Origin: Selaginella moellendorffii
Lineage: Eukaryota; Plantae; Lycopodiophyta
Assembly: GCF_000143415.4 (NCBI RefSeq)
Contig: NW_003314265.1
Span: forward strand, 2,807,181 to 2,871,180
Length of the DNA stretch: 64,000 nt
Direction of reading: 5' to 3'
A program made the position numbers and the translations under genes. Positions 62,441 to 64,000 of this stretch are shown here, piece by piece (the first letter of the stretch is position 1; the number at the start of each line of letters is the position of its first letter). The notes below the pieces were generated by a model. It was not told where the DNA came from and searched no databases. It saw only the letters and a program-made list of their open reading frames with translations.

Positions 62441-62513
62441 TGCTAAGAGAGTGTTAGACTTAACACGTTGCACTTCCCACGCGGGGGTCGCGAGTTCGAC
62501 CCTCGCCGAAGTA
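62441..62513 (+). pseudogene. tRNA-like sequence (degenerate tRNA or tRNA-derived SINE head)
   Basis: Perfect T-arm GCGAG-TTCGACC-CTCGC (62490-62506) preceded by GGGTC. D-arm-like GTGTTA..TAACAC. Anticodon and acceptor stems are imperfect. Confidence 0.5.
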
Positions 62514-62617
62514 CTGATACTCGCGAGCCTTAGAATTTATAAAAGTTGGCGCCAAAGTAGAACCCACGGGTTTAGGGCTGTGGCTAGGATGACTGCAGGA
62601 GCGTCTATTCAATACAA

Positions 62618-64000
62618 CTCGAACTTCTTAATTTACGCCGATCTCGACTCATGGGTTACATTCGAGCATCTCTGGAGCTATCAACGTGCGGTACGCCGAG
62701 AGCTCTGGAGCACGCATTTACAAAGTAGGAATATGTACAGCGTATTTGTTTGCAGGATGAATGACGAGCTGCGGGCTGCGGTGGGAACATCAGATTGCTG
62801 GGTATGTGTTAATCTCTCTTCTTGTTGCTGTGAATGTTTGGCGTTCGGTTATAGGATTGGTATGCGCAAAACATGTCCTTGGTGGTGAGACGCACATCAC
62901 TTGCGATGGTGTTGCTGTGCCGAAATGGGGAGGACGAGAGGCTGAACCGTCCAAGTTCTCTTTCCCGTCTCAAAAATGCCGCAAGTACTCACTCTTTCGC
63001 TAGCTTGTTCGCACAGGAGCGGCTGACTACAGCAGACTCCTATGCGTCAAATCACCTAGTGTGTCACATGGATAGCGATTATACAAGCGTTTTCACCACT
63101 CGGATTGACGCACTCGTGAGTATTGTATACTTTTACTCCGCAAACGAGCTTGTGATGTGCGAACTCGAGGAAGCTTGCCGCCAAACAGGGGCTGATGAAT
63201 GCAGGACATTCAGAGCTTCTGCGACAGAAAGTGGCCAATGGAGTGACTCGAGAGGTGAGTGGACAGTTATACAGCGCCGCAGAGGACAAAGAGGAAGGCC
63301 CAATCTAAATATTCCCCGATCCTGCCGATGAATCTGAATCTGAAGACGAAGACGACTCGTCCAAAGACGAAGACATGACGCTAAGGCTATATGGTGTTAG
63401 ACCCCATGGTTTCCGCCCTCTAGGAGTACACCCATAAACCGGTCAGTACCCAAACCCGTCACCTTTTGCCGGACAGGGATCCCTGCATAAGGATGATGGA
63501 CCTCAAGGTAACTCTTTTTCTTCTTTTCTATATGTTGTTTGAGATTTTCTTATCAGGAAAAGGACCTCATGTTTGTAAAGTCGGCTCTTGCTAGTTTGTA
63601 ATTAAATGCGGGAACATAAAAGAGTGGTTTGTATTGTAATTCCTGTTGGAGGTCAGATACACAGAGGCAAAGCAAAGGGATGTTTGGCATTTGACATGAG
63701 CTTTTGTCTTTTCAGAGATATGTTGCTTCGTGGTTTCCTACTGGTTCCTTTACTGGCTTGGTGTCTTTCGTTATTTCGTTTTTCACCTTTTAACTGACTT
63801 GTTTCTCAGCCCTTTACAAGGAGTGCCAGCATCTAAAATCATTGCTACTCACATTACAAAGACGGAGTCAGAAGCTGCTGAGCATCCTGGTCTCACTTAC
63901 AGGTATGCCAGAGTGTGTAGCAAATATGAGATATTGTTCTTTTGCCATTACAGGGACGCTATATCATTTACTTGCGATGAGGGCATTAAACACGTAGCGC
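62618..64000 (+). pseudogene. Second, more degenerate copy of the macrodomain locus; runs off the window
   Basis: Colinear direct repeat of ~49283-50960 with indels and frameshifts. Confidence 0.85.

Overview
Eukaryotic land-plant nuclear DNA. Very short introns, tight gene packing and PLS-type PPR genes suggest a lycophyte such as Selaginella, but this is an inference. The left half (1-27 kb) is nested transposons. A decayed Ty3/gypsy element (446-5971) carries a young 5S-rRNA-containing Cassandra TRIM (2344-2937). A ~13.7 kb DNA transposon (8066-21806) has perfect 24-bp TIRs and a 4-bp TSD, and is followed by a hAT remnant. The large transposon encodes a disrupted Sola-like DDD transposase and, on the opposite strand, a multi-exon cargo region with apparent ParB/Srx-like, degenerate amino-methyltransferase-like and FCP1-like parts. 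About 25 copies of a 22-bp palindrome (consensus ATGGCRTG-WGGCCW-CAYGCCAT) are scattered through the element, several inside its tiny introns, and I saw none outside it. This is the best candidate for an undescribed system: a self-recognition module of protein plus cognate sites. The right half is gene-dense: CYP450, methyltransferase pseudogene, intronless XRN-like gene, SKIP8-like F-box, GAMYB-like MYB, p23, two PPRs, SUB1-like, aldo-keto reductase, duplicated macrodomain locus, PP2C, intronless Prp2/DHX16 helicase and TT9/GFS9. All family assignments are by-eye motif recognition; no searches were run.
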